The notes under the pieces: model-generated
Told to the model about the DNA's origin: nothing
What the model saw: the letters and a program-made list of their open reading frames with translations, nothing else
The model's database searches: none
Position numbers and translations under genes: made by a program
Assembly (NCBI GenBank): GCA_032718475.1
Contig: JAUCBJ010003477.1
Span: 1-47,199 of the forward strand
Direction: 5' to 3'
DNA: 47,199 nt
DNA from: Nemertoderma westbladi
Lineage: Eukaryota; Animalia; Xenacoelomorpha
In this document: positions 13,801-26,045 of the stretch, piece by piece
How the letters are laid out: each line of letters begins with the position of its first letter
Position numbering within the stretch: position 1 is the stretch's first letter

Positions 13801-16800
13801 TTACACTAACTGAGTAACAAAGGTTGAGATATTGGTTAAACTAACTGAGAAACAAGGTTAGGGCAGCAGTTACACTAACTGAGGAATAAAGGTTAGGACA
13901 GTGGTTAAACTAACCGAGAAACAAGGTTAGGGCAGCAGTTACACTAACTGAGGAACAAAGGTTAGGATAGCAGTTAAACTAACTGAGAAACAAGGTTAGG
14001 ACAGCAGTTGAACTAACTGGGGAACAAAGGTTAGGACAGCGGTTACACTAATTGAGGAACAAAGGTTAGGACAGCGGTTAAACTAACTGAGGAACAAGGC
14101 TAGGACAGCGGTTAAACTAACTAAGGAACAAAGGTTGGGACAGCGGATAAACTAACTGAGGAACAAAGGTTAGGACAGCAGTTAAACTAACTGAGAAACA
14201 AGGTTAGTGCAGCGGTTAAACTAACTGAGAAACAAGGTTAGGGCAGCAGTTACACTAACTGAGTAACAAAGGTTGAGATATTGGTTAAACTAACTGAGAA
14301 ACAAGGTTAGGGCAGCAGTTACACTAACTGAGGAATAAAGGTTAGGACAACGGTTACACTAACTGAGGCACAAAGGTTGAGATATTGGTTAAACTAACTG
14401 AGAAACAAGGTTAGGGCAGCAGTTACACTAACTGAGGAATAAAGGTTAGGACAGCGGTTAAACTAACCGAGAAACAAGGTTAGGGCAGCAGTTACACTAA
14501 CTGAGTAACAAAGGTTAGGACAGCGGTTAAACTAACTGAGAAACAAAGGTTAGGACAGCGGTTAAACTAACTGAGGAACAAGGTTAGGGCAGCAGTTAAA
14601 CTAACTGAGAAACAAGGTTAGGACAGCGGTTAAACTAACCGAAAAACAAGGTTAGGACAGCGGTTAAACTAACTGTGAAACAAGGTTAGGGCAGCAGTTA
14701 CACTAACTGAGTAACAAAGGTTGAGATATTGGTTAAACTAACCGAGAAACAAGGTTAGGGCAGCAGTTACACTAACTGAGAAACAAGGTTAGGGCAGCAG
14801 TTAAACTAACTGAGGAACAAGGTTAGGGCAGCAGTTAAACTAACTGAGAAACAAGGTTAGGACAGCGGTTAAACTAACCGAAAAACAAGGTTAGGACAGC
14901 GGTTAAACTAACCGAGAAACAAGGTTAGGGCAGCAGTTACACTAACTGAGTAACAAAGGTTGAGATATTGGTTAAACTAACCGAGAAACAAGGTTAGGGC
15001 AGCAGTTACACTAACTGAGTAACAAAGGTTGAGATATTGGTTAAACTAACTGAGAAACAAGGTTAGGACAGCGGTTAAACTAACTGAGAAACAAGGTTAG
15101 GGCAGCAGTTACACTAACTGAGTAACAAAGGTTGATATATTGGTTAAACTAACCGAGAAACAAGGTTGGGGCAGCGGTTAAACTAACCGAGAAACAAGGT
15201 TAGGGCAGCAGTTACACTAACTGAGAAACAAGGTTAGGGCAGCAGTTACACTAACTGAGTAACAAAGGTTGAGATATTGGTTAAACTAAACGAGAAACAA
15301 GGTTGGGACAGCAGTTAAACTAACTGAGGCACAAAGGTTAGGACGGCAGTTAAACTAACTGAGAAACAAGGTTACGACAGCGGTTAAACTAACTGAGAAA
15401 CAAGGTTAGGACAGCGGTTAAACTAACTGAGGAACAAAGGTTGGGACACCGGTTAAACTAACTGAGAAACAAGGTTAGGACAGCAGTTAAACTAACTGTG
15501 AAACAAGGTTAGGGCAGCAGTTACACTAACTGAGTAACAAAGGTTGAGATATTGGTTAAACTAACCGAGAAACAAGGTTGGGACAGCAGTTAAACTAACT
15601 GAGGCACAAAGGTTAGGACAGCGGTTAAACTAACTGAGAAACAAGGTTAGGACAGCGGTTAAACTAACTGAGGAACAAGGTTAGGGCAGCAGTTAAACTA
15701 ACTGAGAAACAAGGTTAGGACAGCGGTTAAACTAACCGAAAAACAAGGTTAGGACAGCGGTTAAACTAACTGTGAAACAAGGTTAGGGCAGCAGTTACAC
15801 TAACTGAGTAACAAAGGTTGAGATATTGGTAAAACTAACCGAGAAACAAGGTTGGGACAGCAGTTAAACTAACTGAGGCACAAAGGTTAGGACAGCGGTT
15901 AAACTAACTGAGAAACAAGGTTAGGACAGCGGTTAAACTAACTGAGAAACAAGGTTAGGACAGCGGTGAAACTAACTGTGAAACAAGGTTAGGGCAGCAG
16001 TTACACTAACTGAGTAACAAAGGTTGAGATATTGGTTAAACTAACCGAGAAACAAGGTTGGAACAGCAGTTAAACTAACTGAGGCACAAAGGTTAGGACA
16101 GCGGTTAAACTAACTGAGAAACAAGGTTAGGACAGCGGTTAAACTAACTGTGAAACAAGGTTAGGGCAGCAGTTACACTAACTGAGTAACAAAGGTTGAG
16201 ATATTGGTTAAACTAACTGAGAAACAAGGTTAGGGCAGCAGTTACACTAACTGAGGAATAAAGGTTAGGACAGCGGTTAAACTAACCGAGAAACAAGGTT
16301 AGGGCAGCAGTTACACTAATTGAGTAACAAAGGTTGAGATATTGGTTAAACTAACCGAGAAACAAGGTTGGGACAGCAGTTAAACTAACTGAGGCACAAA
16401 GGTTAGGACAGCGGTTAAACTAACTGAGAAACAAGGTTAGGACAGCGGTTAAACTAACTGAGGAACAAAGGTTGGGACACCGGTTAAACTAACTGAGAAA
16501 CAAGGTTAGGACAGCGGTTAAACTAACTGTGAAACAAGGTTAGGGCAGCAGTTACACTAACTGAGTAACAAAGGTTGAGATATTGGTTAAACTAACTGAG
16601 AAACAAGGTTAGGGCAGCAGTTACACTAACTGAGGAATAAAGGTTAGGACAGCGGTTAACTAACCGAGAAACAAGGTTAGGGCAGCAGTTACACTAACTG
16701 AGTAACAAAGGTTGAGATATTGGTTAAACTAACTGAGAAACAAGGTTAGGGCAGCAGTTACACTAACTGAGGAATAAAGGTTAGGACAACAGTTACACTA

Positions 16801-17451
16801 ACTGAGGCACAAAGGTTGAGATATTGGTTAAACTAACTGAGAAACAAGGTTAGGGCAGCAGTTACACTAACTGTGGAATAAATGTTAGGACAGCGGTTAA
16901 ACTAACCGAGAAACAAGGTTAGGGCAGCAGTTACACTAACTGAGTAACAAAGGTTAGGACAGCGGTTAAACTAACTGAGAAACAAAGGTTAGGACAGCGG
17001 TTAAACTAACCGAGAAACAAGGTTAGGGCAGCAGTTACACTAACTGAGTAACAAAGGTTGAGATATTGGTTAAACTAACTGAGAAACAAGGTTAGGACAG
17101 CGGTTAAACTAACTGAGAAACAAGGTTAGGGCAGCAGTTACACTAACTGAGTAACAAAGGTTGAGATATTGGTTAAACTAACCGAGAAACAAGGTTGGGA
17201 CAGCAGTTAAACTAACTGAGGCACAAAGGTTAGGACAGCGGTTAAACTAACTGAGAAACAAAGGTTAGGACAGCGGTTAAACTAACCGAGAAACAAAGGT
17301 TAGGATAACGGTTAAACTAACCGAGAAACAAGGTTAGGGCAGCAGTTAAACTAACTGAGGAACAAAGTTAGTGCTAATGTTAAATTAATATTGAACAATT
17401 AGTGCCTAGAAGTAAAAATTTTACAGTAAACTATGTTCCTAAATTTAGTTG

Positions 17452-17499
17452 ATTATTTTGGTTAGAAAAGCCTGCCATTATAACCTGCTACTTTCCTTT
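17452..17499 (-). repeat. Solitary diverged inverted copy of the ~60-bp repeat arrayed at 41885-42535
   Basis: TTTTGGTTAGAAAAGCCTGCCATTATAACCTGCTACTTTCC is the reverse complement of GGAAAGGAGCAGGTTACAGAGGCGGGATTTTCTAACCAAAA with several mismatches. Confidence 0.75.
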
Positions 17500-17933
17500 A
17501 AAATGTACCTTAAATGGTGAATATCGAAATTAAATATTCGCGAAATTAAGTTAATTTGTTAAAACAGGTTGAAACGACACCCCAATTGGTAATATGCTTC
17601 CGGGATTGACTGTGGGCTGTATATTAGTAATTCAACTACACCCCAAGTACCGCCCAGTAGTGGCCATTGGCAATGTTAAATGGTATCGGTATTGGTATGG
17701 ATTTAATGGTGCTCAAAGTATAACATTAAAATGAACAATAAAATATAACAATTAAATAACACAAACATAGATGACATTACATACATACATAGACATGACA
17801 TAGATTTGCAATATTAATTTGGCGCTACAAAAACGGTAGTATTGCTAAAGTTATTATTAAGATACATTGCGCACCGGGGATAGCCTCTTAAGGCGAACCT
17901 TGTTTCCGAGAGGGTCCCCGTTGTTTGTCTCTA

Positions 17934-20900
17934 CTACGGCTGTACGGTAATACAAACAAACTACGGCTGTACGGTAATACAAATAAACTACTGCTGTACG
18001 GTAATACAAATAAACTACTGCTGTACGGTAATACAAATAAACTACTGCTGTACGGTAATACAAATAAACTACGGCTGTACGGTAATACAAATAAACTACT
18101 GCTGTACGGTAATACAAATAAACTACTGCTGTACGGTAATACAAATAAACTACGGCTGTACGGTAATACAAATAAACTACTGCTGTACGGTAATACAAAT
18201 AAACTACTGCTGTACGGTAATACAAATAAACTACTGCTGTACGGTAATACAAATAAACTACGGCTGTACAGTAATACAAATAAACTACTGCTGTACGGTA
18301 ATACAAATAAACTACGGCTGTACGGTAATACAAATAAACTACGGCTGTACGGTAATACAAATAAACTACGGCTGTACGGTAATACAAATAAACTACTGCT
18401 GTACGGTAATACAAATAAACTACGGCTGTACGGTAATACAAATAAACTACTGCTGTACGGTAATACAAATAAACTACGGCTGTACGGTAATACAAATAAA
18501 CTACGGCTGTACGGTAATACAAATAAACTACGGCTGTACGGTAATACAAATAAACTACGGCTGTACGGTAATACAAATAAACTACGGCTGTACGGTAATA
18601 CAAATAAACTACGGCTGTACGGAAATACAAATAAACTACGGCTGTACGGTAATACAAATAAACTACTGCTGTACGGTAATACAAATAAACTACTGCTGTA
18701 TGGTAATACAAATAATAAACTACTGCTGTACGGTAATACAAATAAACTACTGCTGTACGGTAATACAAATAAACTACTGCTGTACGGTAATACAAATAAA
18801 CTACTGCTGTACGGTAATACAAATAAACTACTGCTGTACGGTAATACAAATAAACTACGGCTGTACGGTAATACAAATAATAAACTACTGCTGTACGGTA
18901 ATACAAATAAACTACTGCTGTACGGTAATACAAATAAACTACTGCTGTACGGTAATACAAATAAACTACTGCTGTACGGTAATACATATAAACTACGGCT
19001 GTACGGTAATACAAATAAACTACGGCTGTACGGTAATACAAATAAACTACTGCTGTACGGTAATACAAATAAACTACGGCTGTACGGTAATACAAATAAA
19101 CTACTGCTGTACGGTAATACAAATAAACTACGGCTGTACGGTAATACAAATAAACTACTGCTGTACGGTAATACAAATAATAAACTACTGCTGTACGGTA
19201 ATACAAATAAACTACTGCTGTACGGTAATACAAATAAACTACTGCTGTACGGTAATACAAATAAACTACGGCTGTACGGTAATACAAATAATAAACTACT
19301 GCTGTACGGTAATACAAATAAACTACTGCTGTACGGTAATACAAATAAACTACTGCTGTACGGTAATACAAATAAACTACTGCTGTACGGTAATACAAAT
19401 AAACTACGGCTGTACGGTAATACAAATAAACTACGGCTGTACGGTAATACAAATAAACTACGGCTGTACGGTAATACAAATAAACTACGGCTGTACGGTA
19501 ATACAAATAAACTACGGCTGTACGGTAATACAAATAAACTACGGCTGTACGGTAATACAAATAAAGTACTGCTGTACGGTAAACGGTAATACAAATAAAC
19601 TACTGCTGTACGGTAATACAAATAAACTACTGCTGTACAGTAATACAAATAAACTACTGCTGTACGGTAATACAAATAAACTACTGCTGTACAGTAATAC
19701 AAATAAACTACTGCTGTACGGTAATACAAATAAACTACTGCTGTACGGTAATACAAATAAACTACGGCTGTACGGTAATACAAATAAACTATGGCTGTAC
19801 GGTAATACAAATAAACTATGGCTGTACGGTAATACAAATAAACTACGGCTGTACGGTAATACAAATAAACTACGGCTGTACGGTAATACAAATAAACTAC
19901 GGCTGTACGGTAATACAAATAATAAACTACTGCTGTACGGTAATACAAATAAACTACTGCTGTACGGTAATACAAATAAACTACTGCTGTACGGTAATAC
20001 AAATAAACTACTGCTGTACGGTAATACAAATAAACTACTGCTGTACGGTAATACAAATAAACTACGGCTGTACGGTAATACAAATAAACTACGGCTGTAC
20101 GGTAATACAAATAAACTACGGCTGTACGGTAATACAAATAAACTACTGCTGTACGGTAATACAAATAAACTACTGCTGTATGGTAATACAAATAAACTAC
20201 TGCTGTACGGTAATACAAATAAACTACGGCTGTACGGTAATACAAATAAACTACTGCTGTACGGTAATACAAATAATAAACTACTGCTGTACGGTAATAC
20301 AAATAAACTACTGCTGTACGGTAATACAAATAAACTACGGCTGTACGGTAATACAAATAAACTATGGCTGTACGGTAATACAAATAAAGTACTGCTGTAC
20401 GGTAATACAAATAAACTACTGCTGTACGGTAATACAAATAAACTACTGCTGTACGGTAATACAAATAAACTACTGCTGTACGGTAATACAAATAAACTAC
20501 GGCTGTACGGTAATACAAATAAACTACGGCTGTACGGTAATACAAATAAACTACGGCTGTACGGTAATACAAATAAACTACAGCTGTACGGTAATACAAA
20601 TAAACTACGGCTGTACGGTAATACAAATAAACTACGGCTGTACGGTAATACAAATAAACTACGGCTGTACGGTAATACAAATAAACTACGGCTGTACGGT
20701 AATACAAATAAACTACGGCTGTACGGTAATACAAATAAACTACGGCTGTACGGTAATACAAATAAACTACGGCTGTACGGTAATACAAATAAACTACTGC
20801 TGTACGGTAATACAAATAAACTACGGCTGTACGGTAATACAAATAAACTACGGCTGTACGGTAATACAAATAAACTACTGCTGTACGGTAATACAAATAA

Positions 20901-22200
20901 ACTACTGCTGTACGGTAATACAAATAAACTACTGCTGTACGGTAATACAAATAAACTACGGCTGTACGGTAATACAAATAAACTACTGCTGTACGGTAAT
21001 ACAAATAAACTACTGCTGTACGGTAATACAAATAAACTACTGCTGTACGGTAATACAAATAAACTACTGCTGTACGGTAATACAAATAAACTACTGCTGT
21101 ACGGTAATACAAATAAACTACGGCTGTACGGTAATACAAATAAACTACGGCTGTACGGTAATACAAATAAACTACTGCTGTACGGTAATACAAATAAACT
21201 ACTGCTGTACGGTAATACAAATAAACTACTGCTGTACGGTAATACAAATAAACTACGGCTGTACGGTAATACAAATAAACTACTGCTGTACGGTAATACA
21301 AATAAACTACTGCTGTACGGTAATACAAATAAACTACTGCTGTACGGTAATACAAATAAACTACTGCTGTACGGTAATACAAATAAACTACGGCTGTACG
21401 GTAATACAAATAAACTACTGCTGTACGGTAATACAAATAAACTACTGCTGTACGGTAATACAAATAAACTACTGCTGTACGGTAATACAAATAAACTACT
21501 GCTGTACGGTAATACAAATAAACTACGGCTGTACGGTAATACAAATAAACTACTGCTGTACGGTAATACAAATAAACTACTGCTGTACGGTAATACAAAT
21601 AAACTACTGCTGTACGGTAATACAAATAAACTACTGCTGTACGGTAATACAAATAAACTACGGCTGTACGGTAATACAAATAAACTACGGCTGTACGGTA
21701 ATACAAATAAACTACTGCTGTACGGTAATACAAATAAACTACGGCTGTACAGTAATACAAATAAACTACTGCTGTACGGTAATACAAATAAACTACGGCT
21801 GTACGGTAATACAAATAAACTACGGCTGTACGGTAATACAAATAAACTACGGCTGTACGGTAATACAAATAAACTACGGCTGTACGGTAATACAAATAAA
21901 CTACTGCTGTACGGTAATACAAATAAACTACGGCTGTACGGTAATACAAATAAACTACGGCTGTACGGTAATACAAATAAACTACGGCTGTACGGTAATA
22001 CAAATAAACTACTGCTGTACGGTAATACAAATAAACTACGGCTGTACGGTAATACAAATAAACTACGGCTGTACGGTAATACAAATAAACTACGGCTGTA
22101 CGGTAATACAAATAAACTACTGCTGTACGGTAATACAAATAAACTACTGCTGTACGGTAATACAAATAAACTACTGCTGTACGGTAAACGGTAATACAAA
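17934..22200. repeat. 27-bp minisatellite CTAC(T/G)GCTGTACGGTAATACAAATAAA, about 158 copies
   Basis: Near-perfect tandem copies with two major alleles, occasional +AAT units and two 7-bp AAACGGT insertions. Confidence 0.98.
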
Positions 22201-22377
22201 TTTTGGTGCTGTGGTAAAAATGAGTGCTATGAGTGCGCTTTAGCAGTATAGTACATTGGTCATATTATCTACCATCCATTATCATCATCCATACCCAATT
22301 ACCACTACTACCACATAGGCCTAGCCCTAGGCCATAAGGACTACCAGACCACCGGTACTGTCAGTCAGGGAGATCAT

Positions 22378-22492
22378 CAAATTTGAGAATACCTCAAATT
22401 TCAAATTATAGACCCAATTTTGGAATTACCTCAATTTTAATACAAGGTTAGGTTAATTCTCTAAATTTGAGTTATACCCCAAATTTGAATTT
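22378..22492. repeat. Short degenerate palindromic/foldback patch upstream of RIOK1
   Basis: Repeated AAATTTGAG / CTCAAATTT inverted motifs. Confidence 0.45.
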
Positions 22493-23005
22493 CATAGCAG
22501 CATAGTCAGATACAGACAGAAGTCATAGTTGCCCTAGTTCAGTAGTTGTTAGCTTGTTACTGTATTGCAAAGGTAAAAAAATAAACTGATGTAGGCCTAG
22601 GGTAGTGTCTAACAGTCTAAATGTTGTGAAATATAATATTTAAAATTAAAACATATTCAGTATTAGTTTAAAAAGGCTTATACTTAAAAAGGCTACTGGC
22701 AGACTGTAGTACTACCGGTACTATAGTCTGATAGGACTACTACTGTACTACTGTACTATAGTAGTACTTGGCTTGGCCTAGGCACATACTGACATACCCA
22801 CCCACATACTGAGTACTGACATATCAGCATACTGATGTACTGAGCTACACACGTGCTACAGTCAGACAGTGCAGTGTTGGGTGGTGTTAGTTACACACAC
22901 ACGCACACCTGGCACACCTCCCATTCTGCCATTCGAGCATTCAGCTCAGCCATTGTCTGATTGTTGCATTGATCCCGCGGTTGGATTGATTCAGGCGGTA
23001 CCGTA

Positions 23006-24517
23006 ATGGAGGACCGGTTGAGCGATTTCTCTAGCGACGGAACAGAAGAGAGCGTTGAGGACGAAAAGGAAGATGAGTCTCCCGATTATAGCGACGATAG
23101 CGAGTTCGAGATGCTGGTCGCTGATTGGACGGGAGAATCAGGGGACTTTACGAAACGGTTAAACGCGGGGACCAATCCGCAGGCGAACCCGCAGTCGACC
23201 ACGCGTGGGGAAACCAACAGCAACCGGTACGCAGGGAAGATAAACCTAGGTAACTACGCATTGCTAGGCAACCGCGTGACCACGTCGCTACAAGAGACCC
23301 ACCGGAAGCTGGATTCCGAGAGAAATCGAGTAAAAGACAAATCGGATCGGGCCACTGTGGAGCAAGTTCTGGACGCGAGAACGCGGATGATCCTGTACAA
23401 ACTCATCGCTAAGAACCATATCCGGGAGATAAACGGGTGTATCAGTGCCGGGAAGGAGGCCAATGTGTACCACGCCGTCTGCACGGAGGGGCCGGACAAG
23501 GCGCTAAAGGTCTATAAAACCTCAATCCTTACCTTCCGCGATCGGGACCGTTACGTGTGCGGAGAGTTCCGCTTCCGGCGGGGGTACAGCCGACACAACC
23601 CCCGGAAGATGGTGCGTCTGTGGGCCGAGAAGGAGTTTCGCAACTTGTCTCGGATCCACTGTACCGGGATCCCGGTTCCTCGTCCGGGTATTCTCCGTGG
23701 TCACGTGCTGCTGATGGAGTTTCTCGGGGTGGACGGCTGGCCCGCACCCACCCTACACGACGTCTGTCTCCCCCCCGAGGTCTATAACCAACTGTATCTT
23801 CAGTTGGTTGTAGATATGCGACGGCTATACTGGGAAGCGCGGTTGGTACACGCCGATCTCTCAGAATACAATCTCCTCTACCACAACGATAAGGTTTACT
23901 TTATAGACGTGTCGCAGTCGGTGGAACACGACCATCCCAGAGCGCTTCTGTTCCTCCGTTCCGACTGTAACAATGTGACGCGTTTCTTCCACCGCAACGG
24001 CGTTGCCGTAACAACCTCCCGCAAACTATTTGACTTTGTTGTCGCGGTCACCGTAGACAACGTGGACGATCGACTCGACGAGTTGATGGCCGAAGCCGTG
24101 GACAATCCTATAGAGGAGATGGACGACGAGCAGGAGGTTGACGAACTGGTCTTCCGTGGAGCTTTCATCCCTCAGCAGTTGGACCAGGTCGGGGATCCGG
24201 AGAGGGAAATATTCAATGAGTCGGGAGATAAAGATCGGTTCTACGTGAACGTCACTGGGTTGAATATCCCGGGAGATACAGGGGGGGAGGTAAGCGCATC
24301 GGATAGCGAGGAGGATAGTGAGGGGGGAGAGGGTAATAGTGAAGGGGGAGAAACTGGTGGAACATCGACGGTTTATCTGAGAGTCGCCGGGGAAAGCAAA
24401 GAGGATCGTCGGCAAAGGAAACTCTTAGTGAAGGAGGAACAGAGAGAGAAACGTAAATTGAAAGAACCGAAACACCTAAAGAAACGGAGGGAAAAGGTTG
24501 CTAAGTTACGGAGGTAG
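23006..24517 (+). CDS. RIOK1: Serine/threonine-protein kinase RIO1, single exon, 503 aa
   Basis: DKSDRATVEQVLD, GCISAGKEANVYH, FRDRDRYVCGEFRFR, NPRKMV, catalytic LVHADLSEYN, IDVSQSVEHDHP, acidic N-terminus and basic C-terminal tail. AT-rich 3' flank. Confidence 0.96.
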   Translation: MEDRLSDFSSDGTEESVEDEKEDESPDYSDDSEFEMLVADWTGESGDFTKRLNAGTNPQANPQSTTRGETNSNRYAGKINLGNYALLGNRVTTSLQETHRKLDSERNRVKDKSDRATVEQVLDARTRMILYKLIAKNHIREINGCISAGKEANVYHAVCTEGPDKALKVYKTSILTFRDRDRYVCGEFRFRRGYSRHNPRKMVRLWAEKEFRNLSRIHCTGIPVPRPGILRGHVLLMEFLGVDGWPAPTLHDVCLPPEVYNQLYLQLVVDMRRLYWEARLVHADLSEYNLLYHNDKVYFIDVSQSVEHDHPRALLFLRSDCNNVTRFFHRNGVAVTTSRKLFDFVVAVTVDNVDDRLDELMAEAVDNPIEEMDDEQEVDELVFRGAFIPQQLDQVGDPEREIFNESGDKDRFYVNVTGLNIPGDTGGEVSASDSEEDSEGGEGNSEGGETGGTSTVYLRVAGESKEDRRQRKLLVKEEQREKRKLKEPKHLKKRREKVAKLRR

Positions 24518-25703
24518 CGGGTGTAGTGTAATAAATAATGTTTTATTGTAAATTTGTTCTATTAAATAGATAAAATATTTATTTGAAAAAAAGAGCGTTG
24601 GTGTGGTTGATCACCAGCGTAACTTTATACACAGATTTAAACTTTTTGTTACTAAATCCTGCTAGTAAGGATTGATTCTGACCAGCCTTTGATCGATATT
24701 AATACTGATATATAAATAACTTTATACTTCTCATGATGCATCATGACCTACTATAAATACGACCCGCCAAGCTGCTGCAAAGCCCCTACATTTAGTGGGT
24801 ATTCATTGTTAACTAATTGAAAGTGAGATTAGAAGTCAAAACACCGACTTTTAATAAACACAAAACTATTAATATTGACTTCAACGCACTAAATAATTAT
24901 ACTATGGTTATATCAAAGTCTTTAAAGAGATAGAGGAGTATTTGGAGTGCATTTTTTATCAATTATGAAAGATGCTAACATGGGTGCCAGGAAATCCCCT
25001 TAGCTCGAAAACTACTGCGGCTATTTAATTTTTTTGCCTCATTTCAAAGACGACATAATTTTAGTTAGAGCCCGGTACTTTCAACGCGCGTGGCCTAATT
25101 GTTTCAGGGATTCTAACCGAGAGAAATAACTGGCCCATTATAAATTTAGGAGCTTGGCAGCGTCTTGGCGGGTCGTATCTATAGTTTAGGTAATGCATGA
25201 TGGATCTGTATGTCACCGCTACTGCATCATTTATAACGATTTTTGCTTTGTACAATGATTTTGTTGTTATCACAATTCCCAAACTCTGGCTACCCTGTCA
25301 TTCTCGTGATAGTTTCTGCCATGAACCATCAAGGGGTGTAGTGTCTTCTGCTGTAAGAACAAGAGCTGCCCGGAATTCTATTGATCTGATCTGTTGCCCG
25401 GAATAAATTAATCTTCACATCAGAGAATGTGATTCCGGTTGATTTCCATAATCTGGTAATTTCACGCGGGAGTGTTGGTTGGATTTTTTTTGTCGTTTCC
25501 CATATGCCTGTGGACTACTAAGTCATTACTCGTGGAGCGGAGATTGGGAATATTATAGAATATATATTAGATTTTGCCATTTGTCCGATTGGTGTAGATA
25601 TTTTATTTTTTGATTTTCTGATCAAAATTATAATATAATATTGTCAATTAAAGTTGCATTTTCAACTGAATCTAATTTAATTATTATTGGTGGTATATTT
25701 TAG

Positions 25704-25846
25704 GGTTATTTGGTCCATATTGTTTGAACAAGTGCGGCTGTATGAACGGTGCGAACTGCGATAAGTCTACTGGAAAATGTGAATGTCGTCCAGGATGGAC
25801 TGGTACTAATTGCGACCAGCAATGTGAACCAGGAATGTATGGCGAG
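25704..25846 (+). CDS. Internal exon of a multiple EGF-like-domain protein (MEGF10/11/6, Draper-like)
   Basis: TTTTAG acceptor and GTTAGT donor. Translates GLFGPYCLNKCGCMNGANCDKSTGKCECRPGWTGTNCDQQCEPGMYGE. Not in the ORF track. Confidence 0.88.
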
Positions 25847-26045
25847 GTTAGTGGACTTCTTAACTAACAATAGTGTAATGTATCTGTATGATGGCATTAT
25901 TACATAGGCTTACTAAGATACGGTACACTCTTTATAATGATTGCGGCCAATAAATTGGGAGATATCGTATCGTCATTTCGCAAATTTATAAATAATTAAA
26001 TTGTTTTTTTTTTGTTTAAATTGGGTTTATATGCTATTTCTATAG

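Larger units (their letters stand above)
1..17371. repeat. Satellite array, 34-35 bp monomer (consensus ~AACTAACTGAGGAACAAAGGTTAGGACAGCGGTTA), open at the left window edge and interrupted at 9766-10849
   Basis: Continuous tandem copies with recurring variant monomers. Diagnostic variants recur at multi-kb offsets: AAGGTACGGA at 571 and 6447, GGACGCCGG at 3685 and 8826. Confidence 0.98.

Noticed and set aside
1-22200. CRISPR-like arrays near a reverse transcriptase
   Set aside because: There are no unique spacers and no cas genes, the context is eukaryotic, and the RT is a truncated LINE with a TSD.
17857-22243. Six very long ORFs (554-1425 aa) on both strands
   Set aside because: They are translations of a 27-bp unit that lacks stops in four of six frames. 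They overlap on both strands, and 7-bp insertions switch frames freely.
23254-24415. Short antisense and alternative-frame ORFs over RIOK1
   Set aside because: Shadow ORFs of a GC-rich coding region.
24518-24595. Poly(A) remnant and TSD proving RIOK1 retroposition
   Set aside because: Only an A7 run in AT-rich sequence, and no flanking direct repeat was found.
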